64,000 nt of DNA from Octopus vulgaris (taxonomy: Eukaryota), in NCBI GenBank assembly GCA_951406725.2, contig OX597818.1, positions 146,010,001 through 146,074,000 of the forward strand. Direction: 5' to 3'. The notes under the pieces are model-generated. The model worked only from the letters and a program-made list of their open reading frames with translations, made no database searches and had not been told where the DNA came from. Below, in pieces: positions 42,923-56,116 of the stretch (positions are counted from its first letter, which is position 1; every line of letters starts with the position of its first letter). Both the position numbers and the translations under genes were made by a program.

Positions 42923-44244
42923 GTGAGAAAATCTTCGTTTTTATGATTTTAACTTCCTTCATTGAATTCTTGCTTTTATCTGCCTAATTTTTTCTTGTCT
43001 TTTTTCCATAAGAATTTAACTCTGTTTTGAAAATACAGGAGACTGCAAAAATTGGAACAAAACTAGGCTAATGTATAATTTTTAGGAAAATGAATCATAA
43101 GGATAAGGCCATTACCGATTGGGATGAAGTTACTTTATCTTTTACTTGTTCTGCTCATTGGACTGTGGCCATGCTGGGGCACCACTTCGAAGGGTTTAGT
43201 CTTACAAATCAACACCAGTACTTTTTTCTTTCCCCCTTTTTTTTAGTGTGGTACTTATTCTCCCAGTCTCTTTTGTTGATCCATAAAGTTACAGGAACAT
43301 AAATAAACCATCACTAGTTGTAGAATGGTTGTTGGGTTTGGAGACAAACACAGACATACATACAGTTTCCATCTACTAAATGCACTCATAAGGCATAGAA
43401 GTTATAGAAGACACTTGTTCAAGATGTTGTATAGTGAGATTGAACCTGAAACCACATAATTGCAAAGCGAGCTTTTTAACCATACTGTCATAGACATAAA
43501 TTAAATCCATGTTACTGTAATCAGAATAACCGTAATGCTATTACTGTGTTGGTCCTTTATACTTTTTGCTGTTTTGACTGATATTTTAGAAAACTGATAT
43601 TCTTCGAACCAGTGAGGGAACTTAGAAAAGATGGATTATCCCAGCTAGAACACCTTTAATAATAGCCTGAGCTGATCGAGAGCAAATTGAATTATTGGTC
43701 AAAATAATTCAGTATTAAAATAGTTATTGTGTATCTTAGCTGACCTTAATATCCCTAATTTGTACCCAAGTAAATATTACTTTTCAAATGTTACTCGAAA
43801 TATAAACTCAGGGGAAGTAACTCAGTTTTAAATATTTCAAATGAGGAGAAAAGATGTGGAGAAAAAGAAAACATCCTTCTACAAAGATCACGAAAAAGGG
43901 AAAATAACTTGAAAATATAAAATTTCAATATGTTGACCTGTGTCTGTTTAATATAAGATTATTTTATACATTTCACTTTTAAATCAAAGAGTACAAAAAT
44001 CATGTAGAATAATGAATTCTTTTGTTGGACCAAGACATTATTGGTGGGATTTCAGATGATAAGTTAATATTGAAAAGCATTTTTAGTCTAATACTCTACT
44101 GATTCTTGCAATCTTTTAGTAGTTTGAATATAAAGCAGATGAAGGTATTTTCCCTTGAATTTCTGTAAACAATGAAACTGTTCAAAGAAAAAGAAAAATT
44201 TCTATTTCAGTTATCAACATATTCAAATGAATTTATGGTAATTA

Positions 44245-46293
44245 GGGGATGCTGAATCCATAAATGACATCTGTTCTTCCAGATGGGCTCTTGTTTTTGA
44301 AATAATGGATTCACCTCAAATTTTGATGCCCCAGTCTACAGAAATTTTCCCAAATATGATTAGAATGTAGAGTTAATTGTAGTCAGTTGTCATAATACTT
44401 TAACATTCAACAATTCAGCCAAAGATACCATAGTTGATAATACCATTGAATCGTCCAATTTTACCAACATATCTACTGACATATGCAGCAGGGTTTTCAA
44501 TCTCCATATTTTACTCTTCTACATTATTATTCAATTTTATTGTGAACAATTGATTTTTTTTTTTTTTCGTTGAGAGATAATGAAGTAAATAGTTCATTAC
44601 AACAAGCCATTTTGAATATTCCAAGTGTATTTTACTACATCTGTGACAAATATACTATGTAAAAGCATAGAAAAAATATCATTGACTTTGTAAAAAGAGC
44701 ATATCTTTCTCATTTTGGAGTAAAGCTTGGTGATCAACGTAAGTTATGGGCTCACTGTAAACAATGCAATGTCTCTATAGACTCCCTTCAGAAATGTACA
44801 GAAGTACAATGAAACAATTAGTTTTCAGAGGGTTGAGGGTGTGACAAGAGCTACAAAACTACTACAGTGATGGTTGTGTGTCATTTGTCTTGGAGGTTTC
44901 AATTGCTACAAAAGACAAAGATGGAAATATCCTGATTTGGAATCTGCATAGAGACCTGTACCACATTGCAAAAAATTTCCAGTATTAGTGTTTACCTCTC
45001 TGTCTGAGCTTTCTTTTATCAGATATTAAAATGCAAAGTTTGGTTTTTACTGCAGTTGGTAACAGTGGAAATGAATGTGAAGTAAGTATTTTGTCAGTAA
45101 AACAGCTCCCCTAAAAGAAGATAATGATCTGATGTGAAACCAGAGTCTTCTTGTGCATTTCATTGAACTTATAACATCCTGGTTGAAAACAAAAAAAAGT
45201 GGCTACAACCAGAAGTTAAAATAACAGCCTATTGAAAAAGACAGGAGGCACTTCTCCCTTACTTCAGCAAAGATGAAAATCTTGTCTACTGCTATAAAAT
45301 CCATGGACTTTTACTCTAATTGGGAACACCAGAATATTGACCACAAGATTGGTGGCTTTTTATTGACAGCTCCATCAAAAGTTTGAAATGCATTTTACTA
45401 TGCAATGGAAATTGCCTTGCATTTTCACCAATTGCTTGTCAATCAAATTTAAAGAAGAATATGAAAACCTTAACATTGTTTTGCAGAAGCTCTACTATCA
45501 TTTGTATTTGTGCTCTATTTGCTTTGACTGAAAGATGGTGCATTTGTTGGTTGGACACCAAAGTGTTTCATGTGCTTATGGGGCAGTCAAACAAGGCCAG
45601 ATCATTGGGGAGAAAAAGTGACATGGCATTCAAGGGAGACAATGGTTGTCGGAACAATGACCATCATTAACAAACCATTAGTTCAAAGAGAAAACATTTT
45701 CTCTCTCCTCTGTAGTAGACTCACAAAGCAGTTTGTTAAAGCTTTGGACAGAGATGGTGATTACTTCAAGTATATTTATAGATCGTTGCAAGAGAACTTC
45801 TTGCTGATCCTCATATTTGTAAATTCATCATAGATTCTAGTTTTTTGTAATATATGAACGCTTTTAAAAGTTTCTGCTTGGTGAATTTCTCAGTCATTGA
45901 ACATTTCTTGGGGAGCATGAAAGCAGAAAAATATGAAGAATTGGTGGAAAGAATACTGAACGATTTTGAAAATAAAAGTACACTCCCTCCATAGCCACTT
46001 GGACAGGTTTTCAGAAAATCTTAGAGATTTCAGTGAGGAAACAAGAGCTGAGGTATCTGCCATAATATAAAGGAGCAGATAATAAAAACAAAAGTATTTT
46101 TTATTGCAACATTTGATATGAAATAGATTAGCCAACCTGATGTTAAAAAATCAATTCTGCAACTATTGTATGTCATAAAGGTAACAGAGGCTTAGGAGAT
46201 TAAGCATGGTGGATTCTCAAATATGGGGTCTTCGACTATCTTAGCTTTAGCCAGTCTAGCAAACCAATTACATATTCAGATTCAGCACCCCAA
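44245..46293 (+). mobile_element. Decayed cut-and-paste DNA transposon in DDX20 intron 9 (family unassigned)
   Basis: Inverted subtermini GGGGATGCTGAATC (44246) and GATTCAGCACCCC (46279); frameshifted remnants YICDKY...FVKRAYLSHFGVKLGDQ..WAH.C..C, DWWLFIDSSIKSLKCILLCNGN, LTKQFVKALDRDGDYFKY and KVHSLHSHLDRFSENL. Confidence 0.7.
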
Positions 46294-46300
46294 ACTTTAA

Positions 46301-46520
46301 CCCTTTAATATTTAATCCAGCCATATCTGGCCAAAATAATCTACCTCTTTTATCTTCAAACTGACCAAATCCAGCCTCTTACGGCTACCTTACAGTATTA
46401 TTCTAAAAGTAAACAATCGTGTCATTGAAATCTCGAATCTACGAGGTAATGCATGACCAATATGTATCAATGTTAATGAATAAGCATTACATTTTACAGA
46501 GAAATTTGAATGCTGAAAAG
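46301..46520. mobile_element. piggyBac-type MITE (family B)
   Basis: TTAA|CCCTTTAATATTT...AATGCTGAAAAG|TTAA; homologous to 28431-28627. Confidence 0.7.
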
Positions 46521-48707
46521 TTAAAATTATTCCAATTATTTTGGCAGTGACATTAGGGGAGATAATTCAGAAACTAATAGTTATTTATTTTTATTTTAAC
46601 CTGTTTGAATTATCTTCTGGTTCTAGGATACAAATTTCTTGTTTCAAAGTGATCTTCCATCAAAATTTTGTGTTAATTTATGTTCCAAACACCAGCTTAA
46701 TAATAAGTTATTTTATTAAAGTTTTCATTATTATTGAAATTAATTGCAACAAATGCAATTATATTTCACAGAAATATGCTAGTACAAGGGTTAATTAACC
46801 CTTCGCCCAGTGTACCTGTGAAGAATTGTTACGTTAGCCTCTATTCAGCCCTGATCAAGCAAATCTATGATCAAATTTATTTCATCAGTAACCTTTTTCT
46901 ATATCCTGGATGACATGGACTGGTATATCATTCCTTTTTTAAGATTGTAGGGTTTTATCTGGAAGAAATTTGGCTGCTTTTTTTCATTTAGGCTCTTAAT
47001 TTGTTTTAACTTAATACTGTTTGGGTACTAGACTTGACTTAGGCCAGGTTTGGGGACTATGCCTTCACTTCCCATTAGCCTTAAAAACTTAAATACTGTC
47101 CTTCCCACTTCAAAGAAAAAAAATTGTCACTTCAACACCAAGGTTACAAGCTGTTGTTTTGTGATTCAAACTTATATTTGCCTTTCATCTTTGCCATATT
47201 ACAAAGTTGCAAAAGGTCTAAAAATATATACTAGTGAGAGAAACACTATGTGGTTGCTCCACCTGCTGGAAGTAGCCTCAAAATCTCCTTCAAACAATAC
47301 TTTACTGTTTGATAAAAGAAATAATAAAAAAACAAGTACATTAGTTAGGATAAACACTTTTGATCCTAAGTTTGCTTAATCAGGGCTTACCCAGGGTTAA
47401 ACAGGTTAAGGTTAAAAGTGTATTTGGAGATTAGATAATCCAGACGCTATTAGTATTAAAATAAAGAACAGGAGCTAAGTTAATGTTAACGAATTTAATG
47501 AACAAGAATCAACATATATAATTATTACCTTACTGTAAAGGAAAAAAGTAATAAGTTTGAACATCTTTCTGCCTTATTCTGATCACATCAGCAAAGTATA
47601 ACCTTTATTGTACTTGCTAGTTTGAAGTAATGGATGACTAACTGGAAAAATTAGATTACCGAATCATTCCTATATCAATTTCTTCCATTAGCAACTGTTT
47701 ACAAATTCGTAAAGGAAGTGTATGGTTACTCCAAATGCCTTCTGCAAGTTTTAATCCTCAAAATATGACTTGTAAAACAAAGTATAATCCCAAGGGATTT
47801 GGTTCCAAAAAGTAGTTGGACAAAATTGAGTATTGTATTCAGGTATTGAAACATCTGCTGTGTCGTTCCCAGCTTCACCTACAACCATTAAAATATCAGA
47901 AATTCATGAAAATATCCATAATTTTTTAATGGTTTTAGAGTCTGATATATGATGTAGAGAGTATATGTGTCTCTCTGGATGTGTTCCTGCCTATCTGAGA
48001 CAAAAAAATTTGCACATGCGCTTACGCATACACAAACTGTCAGAAGTACACACAGGCACATGCGTGCGTGTGCTGTCAGTCTGTCTGTCTCTCCCTTTTG
48101 TCCCCTTTCTTTCTCTATCTGTATCACTTTACATATCTTTGTTTTTGTTTGTCTTTCAAACGCTCACATTCACAAATATGTAGACACTAACGAATACTTT
48201 CTGATATGGTGATGCATGTATGTAATAAGATAGGCAGACACACATTGAAAGATACATGTATACTGTTACACACTCTGAGCATATTCCTTTGTTTGACTAG
48301 TCATGTGTGATATAAGATTTACCTCCAACCAGCTCCTGTTTTTATTGAGATAACATTTCAAGATGGTTTATAACCAAGGCAGAAGAACCTATCACCTCCA
48401 TTTGATATGGGTGACTCATGCACTTTTATCACTTATATTTGACTTCATAATTAATGACACCATTTCTCAAATACCTCAGAGAGCTATGCTTAATTGTAGA
48501 TCTGTAATGTTTGATTCAACCAATGCCAAATCGGGCTCTATTTCGGAACTTGTTGATATGGTAATGCAGGATTGTGAGGTCTGTCAAACTGAGATTGTCT
48601 GTGTGAAAAAAATGGGTGTTGGGGTAAAGCAACATATGTATTTCCTTATTTCTGTATATATTTATGCTATGATTTATTCTTTGTGTTTTATTATATTATT
48701 ATTGTAG

Positions 48708-50470
48708 ATCCTATACCACATGAACTTATATCGGAAAAGACCTCTTCTCCAAATGTTTCTCTGGATGATCTTGTTCTCTCAGAAACCATTCCAACTAAGC
48801 AAGACAGAAATTGTAACAACCTGGACACAGAATCTTCTTTAACATCTGTAAAAAATTTCTCAGAAAACAATCCTGTAAAGTATTCCACTCATTCTGATAA
48901 ACTTAATAATCATTCAGTGATTCCATCCCCAGAAATAGAAATGAAATCAAATTCTGATCAAGAATTACAGCATTACTTTTCTGACCAAAATTCCGGGTAT
49001 GTCCACTTGGAAACATCCACGGGTACAGTTTTATTTGAAGCAGAGAAAACTGGAAACAAAGACATAAAAACAAAGGAAACTCGTGAAAGATCTATTAAGC
49101 ACAACAACAAGTGTAATGACAAGATGTCTATAGAACTTTCAGAGTCATCTGAAGTGGGTGAGGGTAACAATAATGGGTCTGAAGAAGCTAAAATTGAAAT
49201 ATTTAAGGTATGTGAAAAACAAGATAGCTCAAATGTTTCTGATGATATTTCATTGAAATATGACCAGTGGAACCAAGGTGGACTTAGTCTAGATACATTG
49301 AATGATACTGAGAGCCATGAACAAAAACCCGAGCCTAAAATTGCATCAGCAAATGATGTTCTATTTCATGAACAGACACACAATGATATTGTTAAATCTA
49401 CAGGTGACCAAGATGAGTGCCATTCACACAGAGACCTGACTGCTGTCATTCCAACAGAAAGCAATGAGGTCCACCAACAAGAACTCAGTCATGTTGCCAA
49501 GGCAACGATTACTGCTGTCGAGACTCACATAGAGAAACATGATACTGCTGCAACGTCAACAGAAAATATTGATGAACTTCTTGTAGAAGAACATATTTCA
49601 GATGTTTCTTGTATTAGAGCTACTAATGGTACTCACCATGTTTTATCAGTAGATGCAGACAATAACCACCACCAAGCATCTATGTCACAAACATCCACAA
49701 GTTCCTGTTTGAACAATCAAGTCGATGGCCTTTGGCCTTGGGGAACAATTCCTCAGTACAAGAAATCAAAAGAAGTTGGTGAATATTCTGAACTTTGTAA
49801 AAAATTCAAGTCTTTCCAAATTAATGACAATGAGCCTAAGTGTGAAAATATAGAATCTCTTATGCCTACAACTGCTCCTTTATGCTTGGAATCGGTCCCA
49901 AATGTAAGTAGCATACTGAACAAATTTTACAGACAATCTTCAGCCAAACTGCTGAATGAAATTTATGATAACCAACCTATCTCTTCCAGTAAGCAGGAAA
50001 GTCAGAACAATGTCAACAACAAGGATAATATCTCCGAGCCAAAAATGTTGTCAGCAGATGGTGAAGAAGCATCTGCTGTGGTGTTGCCTGTAAATGCTGT
50101 GACAAATGTGCAGTGTGCTGAAGAGAACCTTTCCAAAGATGATTGCATTACTGATGATGCTAAAACATTGGTTAATCAGGGTGAAAGACAGCGTTACAAT
50201 TTAGATTTTGAGAAAACTAATACTTCTACCAAATTGCAAGTTTCTTTGAAAAGAGATGAAGTCAGTGGTGAACTTAGTCCAAATGATTCTGTATCTAAAA
50301 TCAAAACTGAGAATCACAAGACACCACGCAATGCAGGCTCTTTGAGGTCTAAGTCAATTGATGTGCCACAGAAGTTTGTTCCTGTAAAGAATAAGAGCAA
50401 CAACTTGAAATTTGGTTCGGTCCGTGTACAACCTGATCGATCGATTAAAGGAGGACTTCTCTTTAAGTGA
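48708..50470 (+). CDS. DDX20: DDX20 exon 10 (terminal), frame as written, ending at TGA
   Basis: TTGTAG acceptor; (D)PIPHELI... long S/E/N/K/T-rich ORF ending QPDRSIKGGLLFK*. Spliced total 988 aa as written. Confidence 0.85.
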
Positions 50471-50897
50471 GGACAGTGATTCTTCAACAACTTCAAATAT
50501 TTCAAGTTCCTATTCAGAAGAAGATGACTTCTCTGAGTCTTCTTCATCATCAGAATACAGTTTTTCTGATTCTCTTTCTTCCATATCCTCAGATGTAAGT
50601 GAGCCATGTCACAAAACTTCTGCTGGCCACAACCCCAGTTTGCCATGGCAATCCCTGACTGGTCATCCTTTATTTTATCCCTCATATCCCTATCATTATA
50701 CATGGGCCAATTGGATGCCCCAAGCTTGTCAGTCAGTTTCACAGAGACCACCTGTGTTACCTGTTCCAAATCCATTTCACTCTCCTCCCACAATTCCACC
50801 TGCTTCATTAACTCAGCAACAATTTGCTCATTCATATTTTCAACAATACAACTACATTCAGTGGATGGTTAGAAATTCTGTTTTGCAGAATAAATAA
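50445..50897 (+). CDS. DDX20: DDX20 probable true C-terminal 150 aa, in +1 frame downstream of a 4-bp duplication
   Basis: LKEDFSLSEDSDSS...HSYFQQYNYIQWMVRNSVLQNK*. Contiguous with the upstream frame if one GATC of GATCGATC (50435-50442) is removed. The Tyr/Trp-rich tail ending YIQWMV resembles the recalled vertebrate DDX20 terminus (...IYLQEMM). Confidence 0.75.
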   Translation, partial: LKEDFSLSEDSDSSTTSNISSSYSEEDDFSESSSSSEYSFSDSLSSISSDVSEPCHKTSAGHNPSLPWQSLTGHPLFYPSYPYHYTWANWMPQACQSVSQRPPVLPVPNPFHSPPTIPPASLTQQQFAHSYFQQYNYIQWMVRNSVLQNK

Positions 50898-50973
50898 ACA
50901 TTTTTTCCTTCTCATCTCTGTCTTGATTACTTGCAAAATGTTTAATAATATTTGGTTCTGTCTGTTTATTAAA
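50889..50973 (+). terminator. Candidate polyadenylation signals for DDX20
   Basis: Overlapping AATAAA at 50889 and 50893 (spanning the TAA of the downstream frame) and ATTAAA at 50968. Confidence 0.35.
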
Positions 50974-51761
50974 TTTCTAAATTTTATATAAAACAATACA
51001 CGAATTATACCGAATGCATTGTGTAACCATTACAAAAGTGAGACACAAAGCAAATTTACTAAGTGGACATGGAAGTGATTTCATGCCATGGTCAAGAGTT
51101 CCTCACAACTCTTAAAACCTACCATAACAGCCCTCATTGAAATTTTGGCATTGTGGGCTGTTGGCTTCATTGATGATGATGTAGGACTTGTACCTGCCTT
51201 TATATCTGGTAGTAGACTCTGCTACTTTGATCTGCTTATTGCTAGTCTTCATTGATCCACTGAGGCTATTGTTGATTTTGTCCAGGATCTGCTGGTTGAA
51301 CTTAATTATCCTGGTGATGTCTGACTTGCTGAGAATTTTTTTCTCTTCATCATAGAAAATATTTCTTCACCAGAGGCCTCTAGCTCTTTCCCAACCCTAA
51401 ATGAAGGTCCTTGTCACTTACGAAAACCTGGTGATTTGAGTCATTGTGGTTAGCAACAAGATATATGAGTGCAGTGTACGTTTTCATTTTCTGTGTCAGA
51501 CTTGAAGCTGTCAAGTTGGTACTGAAAAAGAACTGAATAGATTACACTATAGCATCTGCTAGTTATGGCTCATTAAAGTTTGTTCAAAAATACTTGGCAT
51601 GCTCTATATATTAACCCCTGTATTTGTCGACATACTTATTTCCTTTGGAAAGATGAAAAGCAAAGTCTACACTCTGGATTTGAACTTGGAATACAAAGAA
51701 ATGTAACCAAACACTTAAGTAATTTGGGAGACATTCTACAGTTTCTGTTGTAGGTATATAT

Positions 51762-51796
<35 letters not shown>

Positions 51797-52074
51797 TATG
51801 TATGTAATTTGCATGTGTGTATGTTGTATGTATATAATTGTTCATTATAAAAAATTCAAATATCTATTTTTATATGTTTGAGCAAACATAGTTTTGGAAT
51901 AAATTTGCATGCAATAATTTAAAATTACCCAAATAGAAAGCTATTTACAACACTTCACAGTTTTGTATTTCCTCAACTCTTTTGTTCATATAATTTCTTC
52001 TCTCTTCTTCTCAAGTAGTTGCTCCACTCTTTCAAATCAGAGCCTTCACTTTTAGAATAGGAAGGAATATTGGT

Positions 52075-52435
52075 TTCAGCATCATTCACAATGCTCAACT
52101 GGTACTGTTTTATGAACCCCAAAAGGATGAAAGGCAAAGTTGACCTTGGTAGAGTTTGAACACAGAATATAAGAACAGATGAAATGCTGCTAAGCATTTA
52201 GTCCAGCATACTAACGGTTTCTTTTCTACTCTAGGCATAAGGCCTGAAATTTCTGGGGAGGGGGCCAGTCGATTACATTGACCCCAGTATGCAACTGGTA
52301 CTTAATTTATAGACCCCGAAAGGATGAAATGCGAAGTCAACCTTGGCGGAATTTGAGCATAGAATGTAAAGTCAGACGAGATACTGCTAAGCATTTCGCC
52401 TGGCATGTTAGCGTTTCTACCAGCTCACTGCCTTA
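52075..52435 (-). mobile_element. Two adjacent SINE copies with conserved central domain
   Basis: Minus-strand ...TCAAATTCCGCCAAGGTTGACTTCGCATTTCATCCTTTCGGGGTCTATAAATTAAGTACCAGT; related copies at ~525-600, 35340, 38570-38770, 38850-38970, 51620-51730, 54040-54220, 56930-57100 and 62090-62180. Confidence 0.7.
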
Positions 52436-53067
52436 AGACGGAATATTGATAATAATAACTGGCATATCTTGGATCATCTGTACTCTATCAGTTATAACCT
52501 GGGGTTAAGCAAACTATAATCTGTCTGAATGGGTCTCAATTGTATATTGTTTATTTTCTTACTGAGTATTTCTTTGTCTTTCCAAGTCTTTCCTCTGTTT
52601 TTTTTATTTTTTTTCATGATTATTTCTTTCACTCTTATTCTTGAGTGTATTCTTCACTTTTTCAATATTTTTTACTGACCTGGTTCCAAGTTCATTTTAT
52701 TTTGTTCTTTTAAATGCAAGAAATGTAGTTGATGTCATTTTTACTTTTTCACAGCCTCAATATAGATTGATAACATAACAAATATGGATCAATTGTTAAT
52801 ATAACAATTGATCCTGAAAGCAAGGACCAAACCAGCATGCAGTCTGATGCTCAAATGGGTTCCTCTTTTAATCATTAGATTCTCATTTAAAACCTATAAT
52901 TGTGAGGATAAGTAATTACGACCCTGATGTTTATATCTGGAATATTCTTGCTAATTATTCTTACCCTGTGTGTGTGTGTGTGTGTTTATATATATGTATA
53001 ATACAAACGTGTATTGTGTGTGTCTTCATAGAGAAAGTTGCATCTGCATTCAAGTTTATGCACTTTC

Positions 53068-53111
<44 letters not shown>

Positions 53112-54221
53112 TTAAATAATTTTAAAGGCTTCAGTTAATGTAAAATGAAACCTTAGAGGTGATAGAATTCAGAATTCTACTCAATGCTTTTCTATGACGA
53201 GCGTATGCATACATACAAACACAGGCGCATACACACACACACAAATGTATATACACTTGCACTCTTGCAATTCTTGTCACCTCTGACAGATAGACATTAG
53301 ATAGGCAGATTGAAAGAAGGAGGGAAATGCATTCTGAAATCATTGAGAGGGAGAGCGAGAAAGAGGAGAAAGAGTACACAAAGGGAAAAAATGAAAAAGG
53401 AGTCATTGACAACGTAAGAAAAGTGTTGTGGGTGGGAGGAGTGTGAAACGATAAATGTGTGTGTGCAGGGTGTGGGAGCAATGAAGACGGATTTTGAATT
53501 AGGAAAAAACTCAGGAATGGTAATTTAGAGGGAATGTGAGTGAATGAGAAAATTATATATGGATGGAGATATATGGAAAAGATGAAAGGACATAAAATAG
53601 GTGGTTTCAAAGGGGAATCATTAAGGTATTCTATTTATATGGCCTTCTCTTAGTAATTCTATTTCTTGCTCTCTTTCTTTCTCTCTTTGGCACCTTCTGT
53701 TTTAGCCTCTCTCTCGCTCTCTCATGGATAACATATTTGTGTATGGTATGTACAAGTGAAAGAAAGAATAAGGAAATAAATGTGGCATTAGGTAATTTAA
53801 ATTGTCTTTTAACTTCCAGGTACAATATGTCCTTCCCTTTCTTTTTATGGTTGTGGGTTATAATTTGAGATATTGCTATTTCTAGCAGGTCAAGGGATCC
53901 TGTAGATCAAGGGTGAAGAATCCTTTCGGTGTGTGTGGGAGTGGTATTTTGTAAGTACTTAAGAACCTGCAGGGTACACTTGTGATGATAAAATAATGAA
54001 TCTTTGACTCTACCAAATTCAGTGGTAAGTATGCAATCACTCTAAGCAATATTGGGTTCACATTTTGGCACAATGCCAGCAATTTAGATGCACTGGGTAA
54101 ATCGTTTATATCAACCCCAATACTCAACTGGTACTTCTTTAATTGACCCTGTAAGAATGAAAGGCAAAGTTGAGCTTGGCAGAATTTGAATTTAGAATGT
54201 AAAGATGGACAAAATACTGCT

Positions 54222-54870
54222 ACCTCTTCCACAGGTTCCTTCTACTTTTGGAGTGTGGCACATCTTCACACAGCTGTGCTTGTTCATATGCATCACATGA
54301 CCATACCAATGCAGTCGTCTCTCGTGCACCACAAATGATGCCTCTTATGCCCAACTTTTCTCTCGGGATGTTTACACTGATGTGCATGCTGATATTATAC
54401 ATCCAGCAAAGCATACTAGCTTTATTTCTTACAAGTCTATGCATGTCCTTGGCAGTCAGCCCATGTTTCACTGCCATGTAGCATGCCTCTTCACACGCAG
54501 GCATTATATAGTCTGCTTTTCACTCAGAGAGAGACCCTTTGTTACCAGCAGAGGAAGGAGCTCTCTGAACTTTTCCCAGCCTATTCTTATTCTAGTAATT
54601 ATGCTCTTGGGGCATCCACCCTAACTACTGACTTAGTTACCTAGGTAATGGAAGCTATTGACTATTTTTCATTCCCTGGCAGGTGATGGAATCTATTTTC
54701 TGTATATTTTAGTGTTAATTGTATCTGTGCAGCTTTCACACACAAAAACTATTTTCCCTCTTAACCTTCATCTGATATTGCTGCACCTCTTATGTGTCCA
54801 TGGTTTACACCAGCTAGGTTTAATGGACCTTCTGCCTGTGCCTTTTCCACAGGTTGAGCAGGGCTGTTGT
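54222..54870 (-). mobile_element. RTE LINE fragment
   Basis: PCSTCGKGTGRRSIKPSWCKPWTHKRCSNI and KDMHRLVRNKASMLCWMYNIS...EKLGIRGI; same family as 35545-36910. Confidence 0.8.
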
Positions 54871-55329
54871 TGACAATTCTGCCAGCTTGCTGCCTTACTC
54901 TTAGCAATATCAAAACTTTGTAATGCTTTAAATAGCAAAATTTCACCAAGTTCATTCATTTGTTTTACAACCAAATACCCTTCTAGTCACTAACGTATGA
55001 CAATTTTCATTGTAAGGGATCTTTTAATCCACTTCTTTTGGAAAGTGTGGAGCTACCAGATGATTTGTTGAGGGATTTCCAACAAACAATACCAGAATGT
55101 AAATATTTATACACACAATAGGCTTCCTTACAGTTTCCATCTACCAAATACATTCATGAAGCATAGGTTAGCCCAGGGTTAGAAGTCACTTTCCCAAAGA
55201 GCCAAACAATGGGACTGAACCTGAAACCACATTGCCTGTGTTTTAAATTGAATAAGACTTCTTACCTCACATCTCAGTAATATGGTTGGTTCTACTTTTT
55301 TTTGGTAAGCACAAAGATATTAGAAGGAA

Positions 55330-56068
55330 TTGATAATCCAAAATATCTTACTTAATTTGCAAGATAATCATCTCTAATTTTCTCAACCAGTTCAGTGGCA
55401 GAAAGCAGTGATGCATTTTCAATCTATGGTTTCTCAAATATGAATATTTTTCAATATCTACATATGATTTATAAAATTCCAAAATAGATAATGCATTGTT
55501 ATCCAAATTTTTCTGAATATTTTTTTTACACAATTTATCTGATTATAAATGAACTGAGCTACATGGAAGAATCATGGAAGATCAAGAGTAGTTGCTCATG
55601 TTCAAATTTTGAACTTATGATTTCAAACAATCTCAGCCTCTTGAAATTGACCTGAAAGATCAAAGCACTTTGTAGAATACTTTGGTATTGGTTCTTTAAG
55701 TATTGGAAAATATTCCACACTATTTTTATTATTTTATTTGCAAATCTTCCAGTAGATTTATAAACAATAGCAACTTTTATGCAAAACTTCTGATGTTGAC
55801 AAGAAGATAAGTAAATAGCTGATTCACTCCTTATGATGTCAAATTGTGTTACTTGTGATATCAGCCGAAGATGCTCAGTCACAAACCATTTCTTCCTTAT
55901 CCCTTGATTCCCATGATAGAAAACTTTTAACATCCTAAAAGAGTTTCACTTGCCTTTTGAGTAATAACATTTGAGCATGACCCCACCATATTCTGTTTCA
56001 AGATTCATTAAAGTTTCTGTTGTTGAATTCCTTATTTTTTTATGAATACAATAAAAATGTGTGCACGT

Positions 56069-56116
<48 letters not shown>

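Noticed and set aside
50415-50450. Micro-intron (GT at 50415 to AG at 50450) as explanation of the DDX20 frame change
   Set aside because: 36 nt is very short, is a multiple of 3 so would not shift frame, and lacks a pyrimidine tract.
50314-50835. 173-aa minus-strand ORF
   Set aside because: Antisense shadow of the DDX20 terminal exon with no recognisable homology.
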